Shown: in pieces, positions 29,517 through 38,939 of the stretch
How positions within the stretch are numbered: position 1 is the stretch's first letter
How the letters are laid out: every line of letters begins with the position of its first letter
Source of the DNA: a virus
Taxonomy: Duplodnaviria; Caudoviricetes
Length of the DNA: 64,000 nucleotides
Direction: 5' to 3' (one strand)
IMG/VR virus record: IMGVR_UViG_3300028920_000023
Notes under the pieces: model-generated
What the model saw: the letters and a program-made list of their open reading frames with translations, nothing else
The model's database searches: none
What the model was told of the DNA's origin: nothing
Program-made: the position numbers and the translations under genes

Positions 29517-29592
29517 TGGTTGCGGGCCGTGGTAACGCTCCACGATTAGCGGGTTATGAGCCCGCCCAGGAGACTTCTCCTAGCCACCCGCA
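29517..29592 (-). tRNA. tRNA-Met(CAU), initiator-like
   Basis: TGCGGGT/GCCCGCA acceptor, GCGGG-CTCATAA-CCCGC (three G:C pairs), ACCA end; atypical T loop AGCGTTA. Confidence 0.8.
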
Positions 29593-29650
29593 ACAGGAAG
29601 AAAGAACAGGCCTGGCGAGGGGGCGGCCCTGTTCCTCCAGGGGAGAGAAA

Positions 29651-29956
29651 TCACGTGGTCTGACCGCGACCTCTCCTTAACATATTAACCGTAGCACGAT
29701 AATCACCAGTCGATACCGCACTATTCCCAAAAAAATTATCCAATTGCTGGAATAACGTAATACCATTACCAAGTTCAGTAGCAGTAATAGCAAAATCCGT
29801 CAAATCACCATCAACAATCTCATCCGCGCCGCCACTATTATAGCCATTATCGAAATATTCTTCGGTCATAGCATTGATCTGATCCATGACCTTAGCTAAT
29901 TCCTCAATCCTAGCAATAAACGTACTCGTAAAAGCACTCTTGTGATTAACAGCCAT
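29651..29956 (-). CDS. hypothetical protein
   Basis: GAGGAGG RBS; 101 aa. Confidence 0.7.
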   Translation of the reverse strand: MAVNHKSAFTSTFIARIEELAKVMDQINAMTEEYFDNGYNSGGADEIVDGDLTDFAITATELGNGITLFQQLDNFFGNSAVSTGDYRATVNMLRRGRGQTT

Positions 29957-29997
29957 TAGGAAAGCCTCCTCAAGGGTTCACAAATATCTTTGAGCCT

Positions 29998-30543
29998 CTA
30001 CTCCCTCCCAAGAATCTCCCTCATATCCCTCTCACCAATAGCCTTCCTGATCGCAGATATATCCGCTTCATAACTAGCAACACTCTTAGACAAAACCTCA
30101 ACCTCGCTAGATTTGGACTCTAAACACTCCTGCAAAGAAGATAACTTCTTATCCCTTTCAGCAATCATTTTTCTAGAACAATCACGCATATCCTCCAACT
30201 CCTTGGTAATCTTATCAACAGCAATTTGCTTCTCTTTAGCCTCTTTGACAGCCCTATCTCGGTGCGATATCATATCAGTGTACTTCTTATCCATCGGAAG
30301 ACCGACAACGAACCTCGGAGAGATATTAGTCAAGATACTATGAACTGGGCATTCATAATTCGAATTATCAACATCTTTAAATTGAGTCTGCTCATAAATT
30401 ACAGACAACAAAATATACCCATCAGGAATACCACCACCTGCATCACAAGTACGAATGTCCGTATACTCATTAGGATCAACAAAAATAACTGGTTGTGGAA
30501 CACCACCAACTGGCCCAAGAATCGCCTTCGTGCTACTGCCCAT
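29998..30543 (-). CDS. coiled-coil hypothetical protein
   Basis: Probable start MGSST after AAGGAG. Confidence 0.6.
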   Translation of the reverse strand: MGSSTKAILGPVGGVPQPVIFVDPNEYTDIRTCDAGGGIPDGYILLSVIYEQTQFKDVDNSNYECPVHSILTNISPRFVVGLPMDKKYTDMISHRDRAVKEAKEKQIAVDKITKELEDMRDCSRKMIAERDKKLSSLQECLESKSSEVEVLSKSVASYEADISAIRKAIGERDMREILGRE

Positions 30544-30768
30544 GTTGTTCTCCTTTCTTAGGTTATTATCCCACAGCACATAGAGTGAAATACAACTTAC
30601 ACGATACATCAGTCGTGATAAAATAAATAAGGAGAGACACAATGGACATAGAAACCGAAATCCAATTATCATACCTAGACGAAGATATCGAAAAAGCTAT
30701 AGAATCCTTCTCGGAATTGTCCGAAGAAGACAAAGATAAAATAGTAACTAGATTAAACAAATCGGCGG

Positions 30769-31299
30769 ATGAACATGATGTTACCATTCAAGAAGCAATT
30801 AGAAGATGCTCTGAACGAAGCTAGCATAAAAGACCTCACCAGAAAAATCAAACGCACAAACGCAAGACGAAAAACCAGCTCAAAACCAATCCCGCCACCC
30901 AAAACCATAGACAAACCACAAGACATCAGTAAACTAATCCTACCACAAGAAGAAAGAGAAGCCATAAAGAAAATAACAATAAAATTAAACAGCTTCCTTG
31001 CGCACCTTGTGAAGATAAAACCCGAACTTAGAGAATTCGCAATAAAAGTCAATAAAGCACTAAACCAACTCTACGGAAAAACCAAACTGCCATTATCTGC
31101 ACAAGAATTCGACACGATAATGGGAGAAGACCTAGAAGACACCACAGACAAAATCGCCAAAGCATTTTGGATCGGAATATCGCACATAATAAACATAATC
31201 AAAAAATCAAAATACAATACACCAGACCAAATCAACGACTTCTCACGAGCATACCAGAACATACTAAGGATGATCGAATCCGGACTCAGATCGAGTTAG
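30769..31299 (+). CDS. hypothetical protein
   Basis: 176-aa ORF; preceded by small ORF 30642-30824 with AAGGAG RBS. Confidence 0.55.
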   Translation: MNMMLPFKKQLEDALNEASIKDLTRKIKRTNARRKTSSKPIPPPKTIDKPQDISKLILPQEEREAIKKITIKLNSFLAHLVKIKPELREFAIKVNKALNQLYGKTKLPLSAQEFDTIMGEDLEDTTDKIAKAFWIGISHIINIIKKSKYNTPDQINDFSRAYQNILRMIESGLRSS

Positions 31300-31930
31300 C
31301 ACTCAAAGTCCTCTCATCTAACAAAGGGCGTTCATCATTATCAACAGCAAAAAACATATAAGACAAACAATGCTTAGACCTCGTCCATAAAAACTTTCCA
31401 CCGCCATCATCTGGCGACGACCTCTCTATAATATGTTCCTTATGCTTATCAAAATCGCCTATCCATCTATTTCCTCGCTCATCATCTTTATTCTTCGGAG
31501 CAACAAAAGACAAATCCAACTTCCTGTGATGAAAAACACCCCACTTAACAAAATCATATGCCTCATCGGTTAACGGAGGCTCATCTTTCGGTTCCCCAGC
31601 TGCCGTCAACGAATCAAAAAGATATGCGCTTAACAAATAAGTAGGAACAGTAAAGAAACTAGTCCTAGTATTACCAACATTGAACAACTGCTCATCGCCC
31701 AACACAAAAGAATCCCTATCCCTACCACCACCCGGCCTTAAATAATCATTATAAGAAGAAATCTGGAACCTAAAAGTAGCAAACTCACCATCATGTAAAC
31801 CAACAACAGCATGTATCCCAACCTTATATAACAAATCACCCGGACCAGTAAAGACCAAACTATGTGGCACATACCCTTGCACCCTAGTTATAATATGGCG
31901 AATCGAATTGTAATAGCTAGTCGTTGTCAT
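31286..31930 (-). CDS. hypothetical protein
   Basis: 214 aa; overlapping chain. Confidence 0.6.
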   Translation of the reverse strand: MTTTSYYNSIRHIITRVQGYVPHSLVFTGPGDLLYKVGIHAVVGLHDGEFATFRFQISSYNDYLRPGGGRDRDSFVLGDEQLFNVGNTRTSFFTVPTYLLSAYLFDSLTAAGEPKDEPPLTDEAYDFVKWGVFHHRKLDLSFVAPKNKDDERGNRWIGDFDKHKEHIIERSSPDDGGGKFLWTRSKHCLSYMFFAVDNDERPLLDERTLSANSI

Positions 31931-32132
31931 CTAAATCCCTCTTAATGCTATCATCGGACAAATAAGTCGTAAGAGCGATCCTAAACACGCCCTTGTAATC
32001 CTTATCTTCCATCCAACCTAACAGATTATCAAGGTCCCGCAACCCACTATCAGAAGCAGCAACCTCATCAATCGTCTTGCCCTTATTATCACCAAAAGGG
32101 ATCCTAAAATTTTTAGCCTGTTTGAAAGTCAT
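31917..32132 (-). CDS. small protein with PFG..KGKT motif (DUF3820-like)
   Basis: IPFGDNKGKTIDEVA..DSG. Confidence 0.55.
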   Translation of the reverse strand: MTFKQAKNFRIPFGDNKGKTIDEVAASDSGLRDLDNLLGWMEDKDYKGVFRIALTTYLSDDSIKRDLDDND

Positions 32133-32377
32133 CCAAAAGACCTCGACACCTTAGGTTTAGGACTAGGAGAAACTGATTTGGGCCTGGACAAACCACTACG
32201 GTGTTCCTCAATTATCTTAGCTAATGTTTGCCCTTCATCATAGGACACATTCTCACCTTTTTTCTTGAACCTCTCGCACAACTGCTCCGCATTAAGGGTG
32301 TCCCCCAATTGACCACACATCTTCTTCGCTCTTACAGCAAGCGCTTTCATCCTCGGCGTCAAATCCCCACTCGGCAT
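32129..32377 (-). CDS. hypothetical protein
   Basis: 82 aa; overlap chain. Confidence 0.5.
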   Translation of the reverse strand: MPSGDLTPRMKALAVRAKKMCGQLGDTLNAEQLCERFKKKGENVSYDEGQTLAKIIEEHRSGLSRPKSVSPSPKPKVSRSFG

Positions 32378-32381
32378 AATC

Positions 32382-33056
32382 TTGTCCTTTCATCAAAAAC
32401 TTGTTAATCCTCATTTTTCTAAGGAACTCAACAGACCACTCCCCAAGCCCGAAATTGACCCCATAAAAACTCACATTATCATCCACACAACACTTAGAAA
32501 TATAACGATCAATAACAGCATTAGTCTCAAACTTACACGTAGGAAAAACATCCACAGCCTCATCAGGTCTCAGATAATCTATAGAAACATCCCCAGAATG
32601 ACCACGAGCATGCTCACATTGTAATAAAGCACTCAGATATGGGGCATGCGGTACCACATAATGTGAACCAGGATGACAAGACCTAGAGACCGTCTGTAAA
32701 GAATCTAGCACCACATCATCAGCATAAACCAGCCCGTTATCAGACCGCAACAATTCTCTAAAGCTAACACCAGCACAACAAGTGGAAATAGTCAACTTCA
32801 AAAGACCCTCTCTATCATAATTAAGAAATTCGGATAACCTGATGTAAATCAGTATCGTCGGACCCATACGGGTTAACGTAGAAGCCACACACTTAACACG
32901 GCGGTCATAACTCCCATTAAGGAATTTCGTATTCCAAGATGATGGCATGAAAATAATGTTTTTGACCGGAGATGGCGGCACAGGACAATGTACAACTTTA
33001 ACAACTTGATCTGAGAATTCATCCCAGGTTCTATCCATCCATTGTTTCGGTTTCAT
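32382..33056 (-). CDS. hypothetical protein
   Basis: Long ORF (track runs to 32292); overlaps neighbours. Confidence 0.5.
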
Positions 33057-34092
33057 ATTGTGCCTCTAAATCTTCCATTTCGTAAACATAATCACGTTGA
33101 GCCCTTCTAATATCACTCTCGAGCCGTTCCTCATCCGCTCTTGCTTGTCTCTCTTCTTTTCTAGCATTCACATCAATAATTACATGCTTCTTAAGAACAG
33201 AATCATCAACCTTTTGCGGAGCTGGCAGACTCATAGCAGGATTCAAACGTTTAAACAAAGTGGAAATAGCATTCTCATTCTGCATCATCTCCAGAACTTC
33301 CTGCACAGTGGGAATCGATTCCAATATCTCCTTTGCTTTGGAGCGAGTCAACCTCCCAGTTGTAACCAATTCCTCTGTAGCCCTATTCTCAGCGTCATTA
33401 ATAACATGTTTTACTCTATCCTTGCCTTGCTTCAGGATACTGGTCTGCATCCGGACTTTGTTTTCGATCTCCATTTCCTGTTCTCTACATGCGGCATATT
33501 GCTGTTGTAGATCAGATCGTTCTTTGATCAAGTGAGAGGCCAAATCCTTCTTTATAGAATTAACAACATCAGCCCTCTGTTCACGCAAAGCTTTCTTCTT
33601 CTGAGTCTTTTCCTCAAACAATCTCTTAATCTCTTCCTTGTGCCTTTCTTTCATTTCCTTCTCTTTACGTCGATATTCGTCATCCACATCGGCAAGCTGA
33701 ATATCTATCTGCGTAGTAGCTGATTCCTGGTGTTTCTCCACCAAATCGTCTATCTGGGAATCTTTTCTGGTTATAATGTCTTTTAATTGCTCCGATGTCA
33801 GCGTCAACCCAGCCTGGAGCCTAAGGCGATCCTCCAGTGTACTGGTTCCTTCTAGTTCATCTGACAAGGCCTTTCGAATGGTGTCTGCTCTGCTTTTTAT
33901 GAGGGATTTAAGTTGGTTTCTTTCCGTAGTGGAGGTTATAACTTCTTCTTGTACTTCCTGTACTTCCTGTACTTCCTGTACTTCCTGTACTTCCTGTACT
34001 TCCTGATCACCAGTACATTTCTTTTGATGATTTGTTAGAGCGAACTTCTTACTAAACGACCTATTACACTTATCACATACGAATTCAGACAT
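33031..34092 (-). CDS. C2H2-type zinc finger plus (QEV)n linker plus long coiled coil
   Basis: FVCDKCNRSFSKKFALTNHQKKC; AGGAGA RBS. Confidence 0.8.
   Translation of the reverse strand: MSEFVCDKCNRSFSKKFALTNHQKKCTGDQEVQEVQEVQEVQEVQEVQEEVITSTTERNQLKSLIKSRADTIRKALSDELEGTSTLEDRLRLQAGLTLTSEQLKDIITRKDSQIDDLVEKHQESATTQIDIQLADVDDEYRRKEKEMKERHKEEIKRLFEEKTQKKKALREQRADVVNSIKKDLASHLIKERSDLQQQYAACREQEMEIENKVRMQTSILKQGKDRVKHVINDAENRATEELVTTGRLTRSKAKEILESIPTVQEVLEMMQNENAISTLFKRLNPAMSLPAPQKVDDSVLKKHVIIDVNARKEERQARADEERLESDIRRAQRDYVYEMEDLEAQYETETMDG
33950..34006. repeat. 9-bp tandem repeat (acttcctgt), about 6 copies, in frame
   Basis: Seen directly; encodes QEV repeats. Confidence 0.95.
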
Positions 34093-34142
34093 GCTTATCT
34101 CCTAGCATTTCGGCTGATGGGCATTTGTATCTGAGTGTTTCT

Positions 34143-34391
34143 TTATTTAAAGTTATAACGCCCAGGCGTTTTTCTTGACGGGGTCACCGGGCTTAATTTC
34201 CTGGATCTCAATATCGAAGCTATCGGTATTATGCTTTTAGCGAAGAACAGAGCTTGTCTTTTACAGTATGTCTTTAATTCAAATCCCTTTGTGCTCTGTA
34301 AAATGACAACATCTTCTTTATTCGTTACCGACCAATGCCAGTTATTATCTTGTCCGACATAGATCTTAATCAGATCCTTTTTTCTCTGCAT
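34143..34391 (-). CDS. small protein, YegP/DUF1508-like
   Basis: IYVGQDNNWHWSV...STKGFELKTYC resembles the YegP pattern. Confidence 0.5.
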   Translation of the reverse strand: MQRKKDLIKIYVGQDNNWHWSVTNKEDVVILQSTKGFELKTYCKRQALFFAKSIIPIASILRSRKLSPVTPSRKTPGRYNFK

Positions 34392-34674
34392 CTTTTTTCT
34401 CCTCCCAATATTTCTTTATCTCTTCCTCGGATACCGGAAATGATTTTATACAAATTTCTAATTTAACCAGATTCGGGTAATCCATACCTTCGCGAAAATC
34501 CTTCAGACCCTTATCGTTTGGGTTCTGATAGGCCATTACAACCCATCCACTAGAGAATCTTATATTTCCAAGTAAATCAGATAACGTTAGAGATTTACCT
34601 GTTTTTATATTAGTCAACCATTCTGCATCAGCCCCTGCGGTTGGTATGAACGTTCCTTCTATTTTAGATTCCAT
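34366..34674 (-). CDS. hypothetical protein
   Basis: Likely start MESKIEG after GGAGG. Confidence 0.55.
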   Translation of the reverse strand: MESKIEGTFIPTAGADAEWLTNIKTGKSLTLSDLLGNIRFSSGWVVMAYQNPNDKGLKDFREGMDYPNLVKLEICIKSFPVSEEEIKKYWEEKKDAEKKGSD

Positions 34675-34689
34675 TCTTCCTCCGAACAC

Positions 34690-34723
34690 ACAGAAGGCCG
34701 AGCGATCAACCTCGGCCTTCTGT
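34690..34723. terminator. 13-bp intergenic hairpin
   Basis: acagaaggccgag-cgatcaac-ctcggccttctgt. Confidence 0.55.
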
Positions 34724-34741
34724 CTTTGGGTACCCAATATT

Positions 34742-35128
34742 TTACCCTAGAACTTTTACTTCGTCTAGCGCATGTTTTCCTCTAGCGGTCCTGACGAATC
34801 TGGCTGTATTGTGTGCTGGCACTGGCAAGCAACTCGGTCTTTGTTCTGGATTAGCATAGAATGCGTGATCATCAAATTGGGCTGGATGACGGTAGTCCTG
34901 CACAATGAGCACAGAGCGAACCCTACTAGGGGGCTTCGTCACAATCTTATTCCCAACCTTTTTAACACGCCTCTCCAACCTAGCTCTCTTAAATCGACAA
35001 ATTGTAATGGCCTTAACCTTAAGACTCGCAGAAATATAATTTTTTCTTAACCTACCAAACCTCAAAGACTCGCTCGGGATCGCTGGACACACATAATTGT
35101 CTTCTGGAAGAATCGGTTGCTTAGCCAT
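34742..35128 (-). CDS. hypothetical basic protein
   Basis: GGAGG RBS; 128 aa. Confidence 0.6.
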   Translation of the reverse strand: MAKQPILPEDNYVCPAIPSESLRFGRLRKNYISASLKVKAITICRFKRARLERRVKKVGNKIVTKPPSRVRSVLIVQDYRHPAQFDDHAFYANPEQRPSCLPVPAHNTARFVRTARGKHALDEVKVLG

Positions 35129-35140
35129 ACTAGCCTCCTA

Positions 35141-35377
35141 TTATATATTTACAAAAACAACATAACCTACACCCATAATAAGAGCAGAAATAATCATACC
35201 ATCGCCAATATCAGCTAACTTCCGACCATCTCCATAACTATCCATACGATATAACCCATAATTATGAACAAAAAGGCCAAGGAACAGAATGAATATAATG
35301 AGACCTATTATCAGATGCTCTATTGCGGAAATCTGATCTCCGGTCATTCTCTGTTCTTCCTGATGGTCTTTTCGCAT
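35141..35377 (-). CDS. small two-TM membrane protein
   Basis: Two hydrophobic segments. Confidence 0.5.
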   Translation of the reverse strand: MRKDHQEEQRMTGDQISAIEHLIIGLIIFILFLGLFVHNYGLYRMDSYGDGRKLADIGDGMIISALIMGVGYVVFVNI

Positions 35378-35485
35378 CCTATCTTTGTATCATAAATAAC
35401 CAAATTATCATATAAATTTAATAATATCTGGAGCACGATAAAATAACGCAGAGCGTTACATCACCCATTATAAGGAGGGCAAATC

Positions 35486-35680
35486 ATGCCTAAACAACCA
35501 AAATTCTGTAAGTGGCTAAAGCGATACAGAGAACGCAAAGACCTGACCCAAAAGGAAACCGCAAACACCCTAGAGGTCTCCACGCCAAGAATATCCGAAT
35601 GGGAACGAAACACCCGCTCCCCAAAAATACTCACCCAAGAAGGAATCAAAGCAAGACTAATCAGCAAATACGGAGAATAA
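35486..35680 (+). CDS. XRE-family helix-turn-helix protein
   Basis: LKRYRERKDLTQKETANTLEVSTPRISEWERNTRSP; AAGGAGG RBS. Confidence 0.9.
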   Translation: MPKQPKFCKWLKRYRERKDLTQKETANTLEVSTPRISEWERNTRSPKILTQEGIKARLISKYGE

Positions 35681-35715
35681 ATTTCACACCGAGCAGAATC
35701 AGGTACGATACAAAC

Positions 35716-36162
35716 ATGAGATACCTGATTCTGCTCCCCCTGCTCTGCACCAACCTCTCAGCACGAGGAATCCGAATAACATACCAACCAGAAATAAAAA
35801 GATACCCAATAAGGACCCGCATCCAACCAAGCACAGCATCAAGACCACTCTGGCCAAGTCCCAAAACACCAAATATAAAACCACTACCAAGACTCAAACA
35901 ACAAAAACCAAAATTCGACGAATACAAATTCTACAAACTAAAACAAAAAATGGGATACAAAGAATACGACGACCAATACAACCGCTGGAAACAAAGCACA
36001 CAATATTTAACATATCTAGACAAGAAAAACAAACCAAAACCGACTAGAAAAGAAGATATCAGAGAAGAAGATATAGATAAGAAAAACCAAGCACTAATGC
36101 ATGCAATAACCACAACACCAAAAACCAGAAAAGATGAACTAGACGACATAGGCGACGAATAA
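35716..36162 (+). CDS. hypothetical protein with signal-peptide-like N-terminus
   Basis: MRYLILLPLLCTNLSA. Confidence 0.5.
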   Translation: MRYLILLPLLCTNLSARGIRITYQPEIKRYPIRTRIQPSTASRPLWPSPKTPNIKPLPRLKQQKPKFDEYKFYKLKQKMGYKEYDDQYNRWKQSTQYLTYLDKKNKPKPTRKEDIREEDIDKKNQALMHAITTTPKTRKDELDDIGDE

Positions 36163-36507
36163 TCAAAGCCACCTACATAATCCAGAAACATTATTCGCTT
36201 TCAATTCTTTACCATCACCAGTCCTAACACCAGCATCACTCAGCAGAACCGCCAAATCCGCACAGGAAAAATACGGAGCAGCAAGTAATAAAAACTCCAC
36301 CAACTCAGAATTAGCCCTACCCAAAGTCAAATCAGATAAAAGAACACAGAACCTATACTCATTATTACCCTTACCAATAACTACCAGCTTATTATACTGA
36401 TCCAACCATTCTGGTTCAGAATCAGACAACATGGTCTTAGCTTTATCAACCTCTATATCACATAATCTACTACCGATCTGTGCAAAAAGCATTTGTCCAT
36501 CCCCCAT
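36163..36507 (-). CDS. hypothetical protein (possible recombinase-like DNA-binding tail)
   Basis: ADLAVLLSDAGVRTGDGKEL. Confidence 0.45.
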   Translation of the reverse strand: MGDGQMLFAQIGSRLCDIEVDKAKTMLSDSEPEWLDQYNKLVVIGKGNNEYRFCVLLSDLTLGRANSELVEFLLLAAPYFSCADLAVLLSDAGVRTGDGKELKANNVSGLCRWL

Positions 36508-36968
36508 TACTTGACCTTGATTTTTCTAAAACTCGTCTTGTTACTGACCTTGAATATCAAGTCATCCTCACTAATAAATAATACACCACGAACCCTAAAC
36601 CATTTGCACTCGATACAAGGATTGATCTTCCCAACAGCATCCTCCGGACATTCGGCACGAACGAAAATCTGCTCATCGATACTCGGACCCTCTTGCGGAA
36701 TGACCTCGTATATCATTACCCACCTCCCGCGTAATGATATCAACCAACAAACAACAAAGAAATTAACTAAGAAATATCAATTCACAACACCCATCCATAT
36801 CACACTCAGGACAACAAACCCTAGATAAATCCTTACTCTCGACATATCCCTTCGGAGCATGCTCCGGACAACAACCGCCACAGACAGAACCGCACTTCTT
36901 GCAGACATAGACAGCAATATTCTTATCCGGGACTCGCACATCCCCCAGTGGTGTAACAACCCTATCAA

Positions 36969-37220
36969 TTAATCCTTATCAAGAAAATATTCAACAGTCT
37001 TCTTTAGAAGACAATCCGACCTATTATTTAGAAAATCAATCAAGAATTTCTTTTGAGCATTAACCTCCTTAATATGACGCTCAAGCTCATCTAACGGAAT
37101 ATCTATCTCATTTTGAACAATACCACGACATTTATTCATAAAAAATTTATAATGGTGATCGAATTCCTCCTGGAATCCAATCCAATCCTTCCATAATTGT
37201 TCCCTAGGATCAGAACTCAT
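36969..37220 (-). CDS. hypothetical protein
   Basis: 83 aa; overlap chain. Confidence 0.5.
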   Translation of the reverse strand: MSSDPREQLWKDWIGFQEEFDHHYKFFMNKCRGIVQNEIDIPLDELERHIKEVNAQKKFLIDFLNNRSDCLLKKTVEYFLDKD

Positions 37221-37441
37221 TTCTTCTCCCTTTCCTCTGGCGAATCCTTGGGAGTACCATGTTTAATCACCTTAACCCTAATAGGACCACCCTTAGACTT
37301 CTTACTCTTATTATCCAAAGCACGATTAATAAGCCAATTCAACTCGCGCTCATCAATCTCGACAAGAACCACATCGCCAGTCGGTTCCCCAGATTTATCT
37401 TCCATAGAAAATTCAGAAGGCAATACACATCTAAAGGACAT
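37217..37441 (-). CDS. hypothetical protein
   Basis: 74 aa; overlap chain. Confidence 0.5.
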   Translation of the reverse strand: MSFRCVLPSEFSMEDKSGEPTGDVVLVEIDERELNWLINRALDNKSKKSKGGPIRVKVIKHGTPKDSPEEREKK

Positions 37442-37486
37442 CCCACAATCCCCATCCTTTTTTGAAAAAATCCTATCTCAAGTGAA

Positions 37487-37816
37487 TTAATCGACAATTC
37501 CGAGATTAGATATAATCTCCCTAGCCCTAGCCTTCCTCGCATCCTCTAAGAACGCCGGCTCACAGTTCTCCTCGTTGATCACGAAGCCGTTGTAGATCGT
37601 CCACGTGATCACGTGGTTGTAACCAAAGATGATGCTTGTTTCGTTAACGTGCTCGATCGAGAACTCCTCCTCGTAGCCCTTGAAGTAGCGCTTGGCCTCA
37701 CGGTACACGCTGGACATCAACTCTTCGATATTGTCCGCGTAGAACTCCAAGAACTCGTCCAGCTCTTCCTTCTCAAGCTCCGCCTTCGTCTTCTTCCCCA
37801 TGCTTCGTCTCCTCAC
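37487..37816 (-). CDS. hypothetical protein with locally higher GC
   Basis: GAGGAG RBS before MGKKTK; C/G-ending codons. Confidence 0.6.
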   Translation of the reverse strand: MRRRSMGKKTKAELEKEELDEFLEFYADNIEELMSSVYREAKRYFKGYEEEFSIEHVNETSIIFGYNHVITWTIYNGFVINEENCEPAFLEDARKARAREIISNLGIVD

Positions 37817-38058
37817 GCGCCGGGCAAGGCGTCTATGATCATATCCGCATCAATATAGACATTCCAATCATAATCAGAACCTAACTCCCAAATCTGAAAT
37901 TTCTCATAATTTGGAGGAAAACCGGGGAACTTCGCCTCATCAATAACCTTAAAATCAGCACCAATACGACCAGCCCAAGACCTCATCAAAGGAAAAGTAA
38001 TATTACACAACTCCGGAAACCAATTATCAATAGCAATAGTATAAACACACTTCTCCAT
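37813..38058 (-). pseudogene. truncated glycosyltransferase (GT-A, ends just after DxD)
   Basis: YEKFQI...VYIDADMII, then abrupt stop at a composition shift. Confidence 0.55.
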
Positions 38059-38063
38059 AATCC

Positions 38064-38297
38064 CTACTCTTCCGATTGTGCCACAACCTTATTGTCCTTA
38101 ACAACCGCATTGGCCTTCTCCAAACATTCGCTGCAAATCCTAAAATATTCAGAAAGCGAACTAGAAGATCTGCGCGACGACATTTCAGCATTAATAGAAT
38201 AAACAATATCAACTTGTGGCTTGCCCCTCTGGCCACAAACATGACACCAATCAGAACTATTATGTTCAAGAAACTCAGGCATTATTCTCCTCCTTTT
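38064..38297 (-). CDS. small Zn-finger protein
   Basis: CHVC...CSEC; AGGAGGAG RBS before MPEFLE. Confidence 0.55.
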   Translation of the reverse strand, partial: KRRRIMPEFLEHNSSDWCHVCGQRGKPQVDIVYSINAEMSSRRSSSSLSEYFRICSECLEKANAVVKDNKVVAQSEE

Positions 38298-38354
38298 CGA
38301 ATGCGCAGCATGAAATACCTTTAGATTTATCTTTATCGGTAGCCGCCTCATCAG

Positions 38355-38855
38355 TCATTTGACTCGTAATGGTTCGTAATGGTGTTTAATCTGATGCAAA
38401 ACCCCTGGGCCAACAATACCCCAATCCACATAAGGACGCTTGCCCGCGTTTAACACCAAAGGACAACCAAAAGCGGCATCGTCCACGTAAACCCTCGCGT
38501 ACGCCTTCGGGGACGTCGTCCAATCCTGTGGGTTACAATTGGCATGTGTGAACAAATCGACGTTACTCATGCTTTGGATAAATTTCCAAGCCTCATCTAA
38601 CATGTTCCCGCCTTCTTGCCCGTTACTCCGCATCGTCCACAAAATCAGCGTAGCGCCCACATCATACCACTTCTCCAGCCAATAAAAAGCCCCAGGAACC
38701 GGTGCCCCAATACGGGGGAACTCGTGCTCAACGATAGTCCCATCGAAATCTACCGCTACAGGAAACTCGGCATATCTTGGGATCTTGATTTCATCAGCGT
38801 CCCCTTTTTCGTTAGGCATAAACACTCCTCTTTGCTTGACAACTCGAACCCACAC
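38355..38855 (-). CDS. HAD-superfamily hydrolase (capless, phage type)
   Basis: VAVDFDGTI, LILWTMR, K.YARVYVDD. Confidence 0.85.
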   Translation of the reverse strand: MWVRVVKQRGVFMPNEKGDADEIKIPRYAEFPVAVDFDGTIVEHEFPRIGAPVPGAFYWLEKWYDVGATLILWTMRSNGQEGGNMLDEAWKFIQSMSNVDLFTHANCNPQDWTTSPKAYARVYVDDAAFGCPLVLNAGKRPYVDWGIVGPGVLHQIKHHYEPLRVK

Positions 38856-38939
38856 AAAGGACCGGGGACCGGAACAAGCTCCTGCTTGTAACTCATGGTC
38901 CCCGCTCCCGTCTTACAGCAGCATCTCAGACCAACACTT

